Source of the DNA: Prorocentrum cordatum
Lineage: Eukaryota
DNA length: 64,000 nucleotides
Direction of reading: 5' to 3'
Assembly: GCA_963575745.1 (NCBI GenBank)
Contig: CAUYUJ010000102.1
Span: forward strand, 1 to 64,000
Both the position numbers and the translations under genes were made by a program. Positions 40,137-54,286 of the stretch are shown piece by piece (position 1 is the first letter of the stretch; each line of letters begins with the position of its first letter). The notes beneath the pieces are model-generated. The model worked only from the letters and a program-made list of their open reading frames with translations. It was not told where the DNA came from and did not search any database.

Positions 40137-40226
<90 letters not shown>
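40137..40226. repeat. 90-nt poly(A) run flanked by (TA)n/(CA)n
   Basis: Directly visible. Confidence 0.95.
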
Positions 40227-40227
<1 letters not shown>

Positions 40228-40464
40228 ACACACATACACATACACACAAATTCATAGAACCTAGGGCACACCGATGTGAAGTACATTATAGATGGCGCAA
40301 CAACATTAAGCATACACATATACATATACACCTATATATATGGAAGAGACTGGAAACACGAGTTCGAAATTATTAATTCGCGAGTGAATAATTTCCCCAC
40401 ATCCAAAGTGGGGTTCTTGTTTTCTCTGCACACGCTGCGCAGGATCGCACACACACCCTTTCCT

Positions 40465-40465
<1 letters not shown>

Positions 40466-40506
<41 letters not shown>

Positions 40507-40925
40507 ACTCACCATCATCGCCATAGACATCACCATCAACCACCATCATCGTCATCACACGCACACACTCATCATCATTACCATCATCATCACCATCAAC
40601 CACCATCACCGTCATCACTAGTCATCATCATCATCCTCATCATCATCGTCACCATCATCACCACTCGATCACCCACTCACTCACTCAATTACTCACTCAT
40701 TCTCAGTAGGCTTCGGAGGCAGTGGTCCTCCGACGGTAGGACCGCCGCCAATCTCAACATCATCGTCACCATCTCCATCATAATCTCTCGATCACCCACT
40801 CAGTGGCCATCATCATCATCATCCTCATCATCACCATCATCGTCATCATCCTCATCATCATCATCATCATCACTCATTCATCACACACTCACCATCATCA
40901 TTCGCTCACTCGTCATTCGTCATCA
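40466..40925. repeat. (CT)n then degenerate (CAT)n/(CACT)n
   Basis: Directly visible. Confidence 0.9.
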
Positions 40926-42190
40926 GGCGGGAGCCTCTGAGTGAATTGCGAGGAAGTCTCAGGCGGGAGCCCCCTCCCTATGGGGCCCGCAGATCATGTT
41001 ACTAATCCGAGCGGGTCATCGGAACCCTGTAACTGTCGTCACTTTTGGGCCTCTGAGGCTTGAATACGCAGGAAAGTATCAGGCGGGAGCCTCGTCTGTG
41101 AGTGAATTGCGAGGAAGTCTCAGACGGGAGCCCCCTCCCTATGGGGCCCGCAGATCATGTTATAATCCGAGCGGGTCATCGGAACCTTGTAACTGTCGTC
41201 ATTTTTGGGCTCTTGAGGCCTGAATATGGAGGAAGTATCAGGCGGGAGCCTCGTCTCTGAGTGAATTGCGAGGACGTCTCAGGCTGGAGCGCCCTCCTTA
41301 TGGGGCCCGCCGATCATGTAACTAATCCGAGCGGGTCATCGGAACCTTGTAACTGTCGTCACTTTTGGGCTCTTGAGGCTTGAATATGAAGGAAGTCTCG
41401 AGCGGGAGCCTCGTCTGTGAGTGAATTGCGAGGAAGTCTCAGGCGGGAGCCCCTTCCCTATGGGGCCCGCAGATCATGTTATTAATCCGAGCGGGTCATC
41501 GGAACCCTGTAACTGTCGTCACTTTTGGGCTCTTGAGGCCTGAATATGGAGGAAGTATCAGGCGGGAGCCTCGTCTGTGAGTGAATTGCGAGGAAGTCTC
41601 AGGCGGGAGCCCCCTCCCTATGGGGCCCGCAGATCATGTTGATTAATCCGAGCGGGTCATCGGAACCTTGTAACTGTCGTCACTTTTGGGCTCTTGAGGC
41701 CTGAATATGGAGGAAGTATCAGGCGGGAGCCTCGTCTCTGAGTGAATTGCGAGGACGTCTCAGGCTGGAGCGCCCTCCTTATGGGGCCCGCCGATCATGT
41801 TACTAATCCGAGCGGGTCATCGGAACCCTTGTAACTGTCGTCACTTTTGGGCTCTTGAGGCTTGAATATGAAGGAAGTCTCGAGCGGGAGCCTCGTCTGT
41901 GAGTGAATTGCGAGGAAGTCTCAGGCGGGAGCCCCCTCCCTATGGGGCACGCACTTCATGTTCGAACCCGAGCGGGTCATCCGAGCGAGCTTTTTGGGCT
42001 CCTCAGCTCCTGCGGCCTGAACACGGGGGAAATATCAAGGGGGAACTTTGTCTGTGGGCGGTGCGGGTAGCCCCGTCAGAGGACCGTCTCCTGTCGTCAC
42101 TTGGAGGTCTGAGGACGGATTTTAGAACTCGCTCCTGCGGCCTGAATACCGGGGAGTTACCAAGCGGGAGTCTCGTCTGTCTGAACTGGT
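40922..42190. repeat. ~160-bp tandem satellite, ~7 units plus a degenerate tail
   Basis: gtgaattgcgagg recurs at ~40941, 41102, 41261, 41421, 41581, 41742, 41903. Confidence 0.95.
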
Positions 42191-42407
42191 CGCGGGCACA
42201 ATTGCTGTTGTCATGGGCCTGCGCGCCCGAAAGGGCGATTGAGAAGTCCGGGTAGCATCTTCCGAGCTGGTCGTCGGCAAACTAGTTGTAGTCATGCGAC
42301 AGCGCGGAGGTCCGAGAGGCTCCGCCGCCCCACGGCCGCGGCGTCCGAGAGGGCGACTGTTGAGCTGACGACGACGACGACGAGACAGCGGCCAAGCGCC
42401 CCCGCGC

Positions 42408-44513
42408 GTGTCCGAGGCGGCCCGCGAGGGCGCGGGCGCGCCCGAGCCGACGGAGGCCGCGACCGCTCCCGCGCCCGCGGCCGGGCACCGACCGCCGGTG
42501 ACCGCAGCGCGCGAGGAGAGAGACGCCTGGGGGAACATGCATGACGAACGCCTCCAGGGCAATCGCGACGAGGATGACGCGGGCGCCGACGACGGCGAGG
42601 GCGAGAGCGCTGGCGGCCTGGGCACCGACCCCGCCGCGGCCAGTTCTGCCCGCAGCGCGCACTCAACGCCCAGCGCGCACATCGCCGCCCTGGTCGCCGG
42701 GTTGCCGGAGAACGAGAGACTCACGCGGGGCCAGACGCTCTTCGTCGCAAAGTTCGCCAAGGCCTGCGACGACGCCTGGGAGGACGACGTGCAGAAGAAG
42801 CCCTGGAGCGAGAGAAAAGTGACGCACTTGCTCCTGCTGGGCCAGGGTGGCTCGGGGAAGACGCACGCGGTGCAGAAGATCGTCCTCCCCGTGGCGGAGC
42901 ATTTGTGGCCCCCGTCGTCGACGGACAAGGGCGCCATGATGGTCGTGGCCTCCTCGAACGCGCAGGCGAAGAACATCTCCACGGAGACTGTGAGGGCTAG
43001 AACGCTGCACAACGCCTGTGCCCTGCGAGTCCAGAAGTACATCAACGCGAAGATGAGACCGGGGGGCATGCAGAAGAGGTTGAAATTGCTGTGGGAGCAC
43101 GTCCGCGCTCTGGTCATCGAGGAGGTCAGCATGGCGGCGGCAGCTCTGCACAACGCGCTGGACCTTCGCGCCTGCCACGGACGCAGTGACACGCACGACG
43201 CGCAGGAGTCCACCTACAAGCGGCCGCACCACCACTTCGGACGCGCCCCCATCGTGCTGCACCTCGGCGATTTCCTGCAGCTGAAGCCCACCGGCAGCAT
43301 CGGGCTCCTGACGGACGTGAACGAGCGCCTGGACGACGGAAAAGGGTCGCACAAGTACGCGGAGCCGCCGACGGTGGAGATCCAGCACGCCATCAGGGTC
43401 TTCTCTCAGATCCCCTGCGTCTTCGAGCTGAAGGGCACGAAGCGCTTCGAGCCGGGGGGCCCTCTGACCGCGTTCTTGGGCTGCATGCGCGAGGGCAAGC
43501 GCTTCCCACCAGAGGTCTGGTCTGCCTGGGAGAAGACGTTGGCCTCGGACAACCACGGCGTCCTGGACCCACGGCACCAGCACGAGAATGTCCGGCTCGG
43601 CTACGGCATGGGCATCTACTGGGAGACGCTGGCGAGGTGGATCAACACGCGCGCTCGTCGCGACGCGCGGCGCCTCGGCGCCCCCCTCGTTTTCCTGCAG
43701 GCCGTAGACGAGTGCGGCACGGTTCAAGGCGACCCAGACGCAGGCCGGCGCCTCCTGAACGTCCCGAACACGCACAAGACGGGAGACATCCACGGCGTCT
43801 TACCAGCACACGTCGGCATGGAGGTCCGGTTCACGGCCGTGCAGGAGGAGCTGAAGAAGTTGGGGCTCGTGCAGGAGCAACGGGCCACCGTCGCGTCCTT
43901 CGAGTTCCACGCGGACGACGAGCGGGGCTACGAGGAGCGCGCGCCGGGCCAGCTCTTCCGCCCCCGCTTCCTACCGCAGGAAATCTGGCTGCAGGTGCAC
44001 GGCTTCCAGGAGTCCCCGATCTACAAGGAGGTCGCCGAGGTGCTGCTGCAGGGCGCCGATGGCGCTGCCGACGACGGCGAGGCCGAATCGCGGGCGAGGA
44101 GCTTGCTCATGTTCAGGCCCAGCGAGCAGGAGCTCACGCGGCAAAGCTCGGGGGCGCAAACTGCGCGCCGCTCGGGGTTCACCCTGACGCATGCGCCCTA
44201 CCTGACCTCCACGCTGTCGCAGGGCCAGACGCTGCGCATGGGCGTCACCATCGACTGCGCCAGGGATGAGGACGCTGGCCGCACGGGCATGTCCGACGAG
44301 ATGCGGCGGCTGCACCTCTACGTCACGTTCCCCCGCGCCACGCGCATGCGGAACACGCTGATCCTGCGGCCGCCCGCGCGAGAGTTCCTGGAGCGCGGGC
44401 CGCCGGCGCCACTGCGGAAGGCGCTCCAGGAGATCGGCAAGAGAGCGGTGGATTACAGGGCTGAGGCGGAACAGCTCGCGGCAGAGCTGGGCTTCGCGCC
44501 GCCGCCCGCCTGA
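42408..44513 (+). CDS. PIF1-family (SF1B) DNA helicase, Helitron/Helentron-like, no Rep domain; start uncertain, possibly a 5'-truncated remnant
   Basis: GQGGSGKT (Walker A), VASSNAQAKNI, TLH, VIEEVSM (Walker B, DE>EE), FG..IVLHLGDFLQLKP, VGMEVRFT, TSTLSQGQTL, LYVTFPRAT. Confidence 0.85.
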   Translation: MSEAAREGAGAPEPTEAATAPAPAAGHRPPVTAAREERDAWGNMHDERLQGNRDEDDAGADDGEGESAGGLGTDPAAASSARSAHSTPSAHIAALVAGLPENERLTRGQTLFVAKFAKACDDAWEDDVQKKPWSERKVTHLLLLGQGGSGKTHAVQKIVLPVAEHLWPPSSTDKGAMMVVASSNAQAKNISTETVRARTLHNACALRVQKYINAKMRPGGMQKRLKLLWEHVRALVIEEVSMAAAALHNALDLRACHGRSDTHDAQESTYKRPHHHFGRAPIVLHLGDFLQLKPTGSIGLLTDVNERLDDGKGSHKYAEPPTVEIQHAIRVFSQIPCVFELKGTKRFEPGGPLTAFLGCMREGKRFPPEVWSAWEKTLASDNHGVLDPRHQHENVRLGYGMGIYWETLARWINTRARRDARRLGAPLVFLQAVDECGTVQGDPDAGRRLLNVPNTHKTGDIHGVLPAHVGMEVRFTAVQEELKKLGLVQEQRATVASFEFHADDERGYEERAPGQLFRPRFLPQEIWLQVHGFQESPIYKEVAEVLLQGADGAADDGEAESRARSLLMFRPSEQELTRQSSGAQTARRSGFTLTHAPYLTSTLSQGQTLRMGVTIDCARDEDAGRTGMSDEMRRLHLYVTFPRATRMRNTLILRPPAREFLERGPPAPLRKALQEIGKRAVDYRAEAEQLAAELGFAPPPA

Positions 44514-44773
44514 GCGCCGCGGCGCGCGCCTAGAGGCCCACGGGGCTGTCCCAACGGCTGGCCCCCGCGCCCCCGCGGCCTGCGAGGTTGCCCCAACGGC
44601 CTGGCCCGAAGGGTTGCCCCGACGGCTTCGCGATCTAGCCGTCGGCAAACGCGCGCGCGCTGGCCGACGCGGCGACGGCGCCGAGGAAAATCGAGTTGCT
44701 TGCCACGACCAGGGGGAACGGGAGGTGCACATGGAAAAGAAGCAGGAGGATGAGGAGGGAAGGGGCGCGGGGG

Positions 44774-44940
44774 AGGGCGACGACGAGGAGGAGGTGGCGC
44801 GAGAGGAGGAGGAGGAGGAGGAGGAGGAGGAGGAAGAGGAGGAGGAGGAGGAGTAGGAGAAGTAGGAAGAGGAATAGAATGAGGAATAGAGCGCAGTGCA
44901 AAGGGCGAGAGGAGAGGGTGTCCGCCAGGAGGAGGAGGAA
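44774..44940. repeat. (GAG)n purine-rich repeat
   Basis: Directly visible. Confidence 0.9.
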
Positions 44941-46089
44941 AGGGCAAAGGTTAAGCTAAACAGATTCTCGTGCGGGGTCCTACCGTCGGAGTAATTTATC
45001 GTGGATATACGTATACCACCGGTAGGAGAGTATTAATTTGCGAGTTAATATTTGTTGTTCGTGCATATACATATACTACCTTTTAGAAACGTATTAAGTC
45101 GCGGAATATTTCTTTATGAATAGATCAAAAGACTACGATTCTTAGAAAATGAAGTATGTATTATATGTGTTCGTGTCTTTTCGAGGAAGAGAACGCATGT
45201 TTCAAAGGCAACAATATTTTAATCAGACATACATTGCTCCCTTCCTCGAGGATTTGGTTTCCAGGTTTCAGAATTAGTTGTTCAATGCATCGAATTACCA
45301 GACAGGTTCTTCGAATTTCATGTTGTCGGCTGGCTTTCTGGAAGCATTTTCAGGCGATCGGCCTCCCAAAGCTTATTGTCTGTGTGTTACAGAGGATCTG
45401 CTCGTAACAGGCCTCCGCGTAGGGGTCCGGTCGCCGGATCCTCTCGCAGCCGCAGAGAAGCCCACAGAAGGAGCAAGGAAGGCGGAGAGAAGGGGAGGAG
45501 GGGGGACGGGGGGACAGGCGCGGAAGAAGGAAGGGAGAAAGGAAAGCAGCAGCAGATTACACACGACGAGAAGAGAGAGAGAGAGAGAGAGGAACTGGAG
45601 GCGAGCTGGGAGGGTCAAGCCCCGAAAGAGGCGATGCGCGAAGCGCGTACCTGGCACTTCATGCCAGGGGGCCGGGGGGAAAGAGAAAGGCGAAGAGTCG
45701 AAAAGGACACGGCGGCGGACAGCGACACGAACAACGGCAGCAGGAAGAGGACGGAAGGGAGAGAGGGGAGGCGAGGGGAACGAGAAAGGGAGAGAGAAAT
45801 GGGGGGAAAAAACAGGAGGGAGGAAGGAGGGAACATGAAACCAAAGACTTCATTTGTTGGATTCTATAATGTAGGGAAGTACACATCTGATATGATGAAC
45901 AACACTAGTATTGATCATTGAAACGATCTTGTCTATCGAATATGAAATTATTTAAAAATGGAAAGAAAAAACACACATTAAATAATGGACCTATCACAAG
46001 TTAGTGTCATCTAGCGGCTGAATATATTTCATTTTCCAAACATGGATTGAATTGCCTACCTTGCATGACGCGAAATGCACAAACTTTTT

Positions 46090-46131
<42 letters not shown>

Positions 46132-47777
46132 ATGAACGACCGTACTAAGTTACGCAACCTAAAATATTCAAATGCGAATGAAGCCGAAAAAATCGAACAT
46201 GTAATGTTCAAGACAAACCATATACGGAAGAACACGATAAACCAATAAATATGTGAGCACGAATAAGTACGAACAACCTGAGGCGAAACATTGCTCATAT
46301 ATATAACAAAACACACACACACACACACACACATACACACACACACACGCACACACAAAAAAAAAAAAAACGTATTTGCTTGTATAAAGAGAGAGAGAGA
46401 GAGAGAGATGAAATCCCAATCTGACAACGAGAAAATAATGACATACAATTAGCTATAACGATCTCACATATAAACAACTAACACTGCCGTTGAACACACT
46501 GTTCTCGGTATTCCCGGGGGAAAAACTAAGAAAACTAATGTTTTATAGAAACTGAACATACGCACCTGGAATTATGTTAGATAACTAACACATCGAATAA
46601 TAAAAACTTATTCTGTGAAAAGCAACTTCAAGTTTTTCGTTGATAGTGAAAACATGAGTGGGCCATATGAAAACAGCTAAATATGAGACTTCAGAGATCA
46701 TGAGCCAGCACAAAGATTACAACAATAAATATGATTGAGGAGTGTTTTTTATGAAAACACATATGTCGTTTGTCATTCGACCTGCTAAAAAGAGCATTTC
46801 GTTTTTTATTGTGAAATATATACTGTGTTTTGATAAAACCAAGAGAATTATGGCACTAAATATCTGAAATTATAAATTACACAAAACCAAAGTATATGTT
46901 TTAGGCCTGATTCTACAGAACGGATCAATTCGATTAGCGCAACAGATGATTCCAACATTTTCATGTTACATGACATCAGAAACGCCACCATGAGGGAATA
47001 CGTGAAAATTAATGCAGAATTCAATAAATTGAATCTCGCGTTGTTGCGTCTGCGCTTCTGCAATACAAGAAAAATGTACTTATACGAAGTAGCGCGCCAC
47101 ACACGCAGAATTTGCCAATGTTTCGGCAAACATTAGAGCACGTTCATCGGGACTGGTTGACTCCTCTAATACATGTTGATTGACGAGGTTTGCAACATTC
47201 ACCCTATATTAAACGTTCAAGAATGCTTTTGAAATCTTTCTGGCCTATTCTGTCCGCAGTTGAGAGAGAGCGCGCACCCCCCCCTCCCCCCCTTTCGTGC
47301 AAAAGGGGGGGGTGGCTTGGAAGCTACCCACCTCCCCCCCCCTTTGGCCGCCCCGGAAGCTACCCCCCCCTACCCCCCTTTCCAAAGGGAGGGGGGTGCT
47401 TAAGCTACCCCCCCCCTCCCTTGGAGCCGCCCTGCTGGAAGCTCCCCCCCCCTCCCCCCCTTTGTGCCAAAGGGGGGGGGGGCTTGGAAGCTTGCCCCCC
47501 CCCCTTGCCCCCTTTGGCCGCCCAGCCCCCGGAGCCTCCGCCCTCCCTTTCGCCGACGATCCAAAATGAACAATCCACGATCGAGGATGGACGATCGACG
47601 ATCAACGATCGACGATCGAAAATCCCAATCGAATCGCTTGCAATCGATTGCACTCCATTCCACTGCAATCCCCCTCCCCACCTCCCTCCGCTCCCTCCCC
47701 TCCCTCCACACCCTTCGTTCCATCTCCTCCCTCCCCTCCCTCTCCTCCCCTCCCTCCCTTCCGTCCTGTCCCTCCCC

Positions 47778-47890
47778 TGCAATCCAATCGATTGAATCGA
47801 TTGCAATTCAACCGATTGCAATCCAATCGATTGCAATCCAATGGATTGCAATCGAATCGTTTGCAATCCAATGGATTGCAATCGATTGCA
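47778..47890. repeat. ~15-bp self-complementary repeats (gattgcaatccaatc); related ATCG repeats at 47575-47650
   Basis: Directly visible. Confidence 0.85.
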
Positions 47891-48147
47891 ACGCAAGTGT
47901 ATCATTCAACTCGTCCCGTGCCAACGCCCGGGAACGAAAAATTATCCTGGCGACGTACCCAACCCCTGCGCAAACGAGGGAATAGTTTAGGACACTTTAT
48001 AAGGGGGGCGATGACGGAGCGAGGGTTACATACGTCTGCAGACGGAATTCGGGAGACTCGCAGGAAATTGGCTTCAGGACAAAAACTAGATAAAGCTGAT
48101 TAGTTGCAATCCCTGAGCAACCCTAGCCACTTCGAAAGCGGGGATCT

Positions 48148-49170
48148 CAGATCGCAGCCCCCCAGGGATGGCGAGGTCTAATTTGGGTCCGCGCGTGGCG
48201 TCACTGTGCTGGGCCCCCCAGCAGGCCTCGAAAGTGGCGACAGTTTCACAGATCGCAGCCCCCCAGGGATGGCGAGGTCTAATTTGGGTCCGCGCGTGGC
48301 GTCACTGTGCTGGGCCCCCCAGCAGGCCTCGAAAGTGGCGACAGTTTCACAGATCGCAGCCCCCCAGGGATGGCGAGGTCTAATTTGGGTCCGCCCGTGG
48401 CGTCACTGTGCTGGGCCCCCCAGCAGGCCTCGAAAGTGGCGACAGTTTCACAGATCGCAGCCCCCCAGGGATGGCGAGGTCTAACTTGGGTCCGCGCGTG
48501 GCGTCACTGTGCTGGGCCCCCCGGCAGGCCTCGAAAGTGGCGACAGTTTCACAGATCGCAGCCCCCCAGGGATGGCGAGGTCTAATTTGGGTCCGCCGTG
48601 GCGTCACTGTGCTGGGCCCCCCAGCAGGCCTCGAAAGTGGCGACAGTTTCACAGATCGCAGCCCCCCAGGGATGGCGAGGTCTAATTTGGTCCGCCCGTG
48701 GCGTCACTGTGCTGGGCCCCCAGCAGGCCTCGAAAGTGGCGACAGTTTCACAGATCGCAGCCCCCCAGGGATGGCGAGGTCTAATCTGAATCCCCGTAGG
48801 GCGTCACTCCGCTGGGCCCCCCAGCAGGCCTCGAAAGTGGCGACAGTTTCACAGATCGCAGCCCCCCAGGGATGGCGAGGTCTAATTTGGAATCCCCGTG
48901 GCGTCACTGTGCTGGGCCCCCCAGCAGGCCTCGAAAGTGGCGACAGTTTCACAGATCGCAGCCCCCCAGGGATGGCGAGGTCTAATTTGAGTCCGCGGTG
49001 CGTACCCACTGTGCTGGGCCCCCCAGCAGGCCTCGAAAGTGGCGACAGTTTCACAGATCGCAGCCCCCCAGGGATGGCGAGGTCTAATTTGGGTCCGCCC
49101 GTGGCGTCACTGTGCTGGGCCCCCCAGCAAGCCTCGAAAGTGGCGACAGTTTCACAGATCGCAGCCCCCC
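48148..49170. repeat. 101-bp tandem satellite, ~10 units
   Basis: Unit cagatcgcagccccccagggatggcgaggtctaatttgggtccgcgcgtggcgtcactgtgctgggccccccagcaggcctcgaaagtggcgacagtttca. Confidence 0.97.
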
Positions 49171-49370
49171 GCAAGCAAGACAGGAGGAGGCAAGAGGGAG
49201 ACGGGACGGGAAGGAGGAAGTGGAGACCACACTGCTCTATTCAAAACGAATACCCAACCAAGGAGGGTTGGGAAAAATACTATCCCCCCCCCCGAAAGTT
49301 GCACGAAGTGTAATTAGGAAAACGCCAGCCCGTCGGGTTTGGCAGTGTTCGTGTAAGACGGCGGCCAGCT

Positions 49371-49594
49371 GGGGGAGGAGGAGGCGGAGGATGGGAGAGG
49401 CCGAGGGGGAGGAGGAGGAGGAGGAGGAGGAGGAGGAGGAGGAGGAGGAGGAGGAGGAGGAGGAGGAGGAGGAGGAGGAGAGGGATGAGGAGGAGGAGGA
49501 AGGAGGAGGAGGAGGAAGGAGGAGGCAGGAGGATGGGAAAACGAGGGATGAGGATCACGAGGAGGAGGAGAAGAGATGATGATGATGATGAGAT

Positions 49595-49626
<32 letters not shown>

Positions 49627-49830
49627 GATTGATGAGATGATATGATGATGGATGATGATGATGATGGATAATGATATTAATGATGAATTGATGATGAATG
49701 TGATGATGATGATGATGAAATGCTGATGATGAGGAGGAGGAGGAGGAGGAGGGAAAAATTGAAGAGGAGGAGAAAACCGAGGAGGAGGAGGAGGAGGAGG
49801 AACGGAACGGAAGGACCCGCGGGGGAGTAC

Positions 49831-49902
<72 letters not shown>

Positions 49903-49923
49903 GGTGGTGGTGATGATGATGAA

Positions 49924-49988
<65 letters not shown>

Positions 49989-50100
49989 GGATGATGAGGA
50001 TGATGAGGATGATGAGGATGATGATGATGATGATGACGATGATGACTATGAGGAGGATGTGGAGGACGAGGAAGAGGAGGAGGCAAAAGGAAGAAGAGGA
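49371..50100. repeat. (GAG)n and (GAT)n microsatellites
   Basis: Directly visible. Confidence 0.95.
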
Positions 50101-51241
50101 GGGAGAGGGGCGGGAATAAATGGAAGCGACAGGGAGGGCGATGGCTCCGGGAGCTGGCGGCCAAAAGGGGGGAAAGGTGGGGGGCTTCAGCCCCCCCCTT
50201 TTTTGCACAAGGAGGGAGGGCGGGGAGGGGCTTTCCAAAGCCCCCCCCCCTTTCAAAGGGGGGGGTGAAATACCCCAGCTCCATTAAAGAGGGATGGGTG
50301 GTATCTTGACCCCCCCCCCTTTCCGGCCAAGAAAAAGTGAGGGGGGGGGAGGGGTAAGCTCCGAATAAAGGGAGGGAGGGGGGGGTAGCTTGGAAGCCCC
50401 CCCCCCTTTTCCCGGACCGCGAAAAAGGGGGGGAGGGGGGGGGGCTTCCGAAGCCCCCCCCCTTTAGCAAGGAAGGGGGGAGGGGGGTAGCTTCAAGCTG
50501 GGGCCCCCCTTTTAGTCTATGGGGCCCCACGCGCGCGCTCTATCGCAGTTGAGCCTGCGTAATGCCTTTCGCCTGAATAAATAAAAAAACGCGTGGTCCC
50601 CACAATTCTTTTACAATCAGGCGTGATCGATGTGAATCTCCAAATTGGTTTCATTCTCCGCTAAAAACACACACGTAAAGTTAAATGTGCAAGGGTAGTT
50701 GAAGTTATCTCGTGAACTAACGAACCAGGTTGCCTCCCATTTCGAAGATAATCATCAAAACGATTGAAGCTTCCTTCAAAAGTTCAAAAACCGGAAAAAA
50801 TGTTCTGGATAATTGCACGTTTCCAGCGGACAGAGCACAGAAATGGAAATGTAATAATCACAAAAAATTGCTGACTTGTCTCAAACTTAATTTCTACTGA
50901 TCAATTAATTTTACCCGGTGTGGAATATTACAAATATATTGATATCTGAGGATAATAGGGATGGATGATAGATATAGACATCCTTTTCCTCCGCCCGTGC
51001 CCTTTTCTGACGCTCCGTCGAATTTCGTAACTTTAAAAGTTCCCGTAAAGGTTTACAGATTTAGAGGGGAGTAATTCAGTAATCTTAGCAATCTTCCATC
51101 CCTTGCTGGCAATGCTGCCCCAAAGCCTGCCGGAACTTGAGCACTTTGATTATTTAGCGATCTCTGTTTTTTTCATTTGGTTTGCGCATCTGTGGTGGAG
51201 CCGATGCTTCGCCGAGGCGGATTTGTTGTTGTTTTTATTAC

Positions 51242-51290
<49 letters not shown>

Positions 51291-51789
51291 CATACATACA
51301 TACATAAACATACATATATATATATATAAGAGACAAAAAAAAGGCTTACATAATATGTTCTCTTGGGTTTCTGGATTTGCGAGTTCGAAATATTCTCAGT
51401 TGCTTTCTTTTGAACATTTGATTGTTACACATGCACCAACACAGTTGTTTTGATTAATTCCCCGTAGATTTCCAGTGACTTCAAAAAGAGTTGTAGAGTA
51501 GAAACAGTTTGTTCACCAGTTCGAGAATAACACGTCCGATGTATGTTGTCACACATGTTTTATGTATGGATGTCGCTATTCGAAACTGCTGTGTAGTACC
51601 AAGTCAGAGTATGATGGTGATTCGGAGGATTGTAGCACCAGAGCAAGCAGGGATTGGGGGCGAGAATGCGGAATCGCGGCAGAAGAGCAGGGAGCGCAGC
51701 GAGAGCAGAGGGAGGAGGTCGACGGCACGACAGCGAGGACAGTTCAGGGATAGATGGAAGTGGTTACGATTTTTGATTACTCCTATACT

Positions 51790-53830
<2,041 letters not shown>

Positions 53831-53979
53831 GGGTATATATATATTATCGGAGGTGAGGGGGTGAGATCGAAGTGGAACGGAGAGCCCCCCTACCGGAAAA
53901 TCGATTTCGGTTTCGTGTTCGTGCGTGCCGTGCGTGCGGGCGAGGCGAAGCTGCGTGGGCGGGCGAGAAGAAAGTCTCC

Positions 53980-54203
53980 TGTGGCTGAGGCGCGGCCGGA
54001 CCAAATGTCTCCCTTCCGGGCGGCCGGGGGCCCGCGGTGTCCCGCCGGTGTCCCGCTGGTGTCCCGTGTGGCTGAGGCGCGGCCGGACCAAATGATCCCT
54101 TCCGGGCGGCCGGTGGCCCGCGGTGTCCCGCCGGTGTCCCGCGGTGTCCCGCGGTGTCCCGCGGTGCCCCGCGGTGTCCCGCCGGTGTCCCGCGGTGCCC
54201 CGC

Positions 54204-54250
<47 letters not shown>

Positions 54251-54254
54251 GATG

Positions 54255-54286
<32 letters not shown>

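Larger units (their letters stand above)
47264..50544. mobile_element. Non-autonomous foldback/MULE-like DNA transposon, 3,281 bp, long imperfect TIRs, TSD gcagttga
   Basis: Left end gagagagcgcgc versus right end gcgcgctctatc. Inner TIR match ggccgcccagcccccggagcctccgccctccct (~47516) versus agggagggcgatggctccgggagctggcggcc (~50131). gcagttga at 47256-47263 and 50545-50552. Confidence 0.8.

Noticed and set aside
40137..40226. Poly(A) as the tail of a retrogene
   Set aside because: Embedded among TA/CA microsatellites with no upstream coding remnant or clear TSD.
40922..49170. 160-bp and 101-bp arrays as CRISPR arrays or repeat-protein genes
   Set aside because: Whole units repeat with no spacers, and 1-bp indels break frames.
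50179..50196. ggggggc-ttca-gcccccc hairpin resembling the retrotransposon motif
   Set aside because: No bulged C; it is part of the G/C-run TIR modules.
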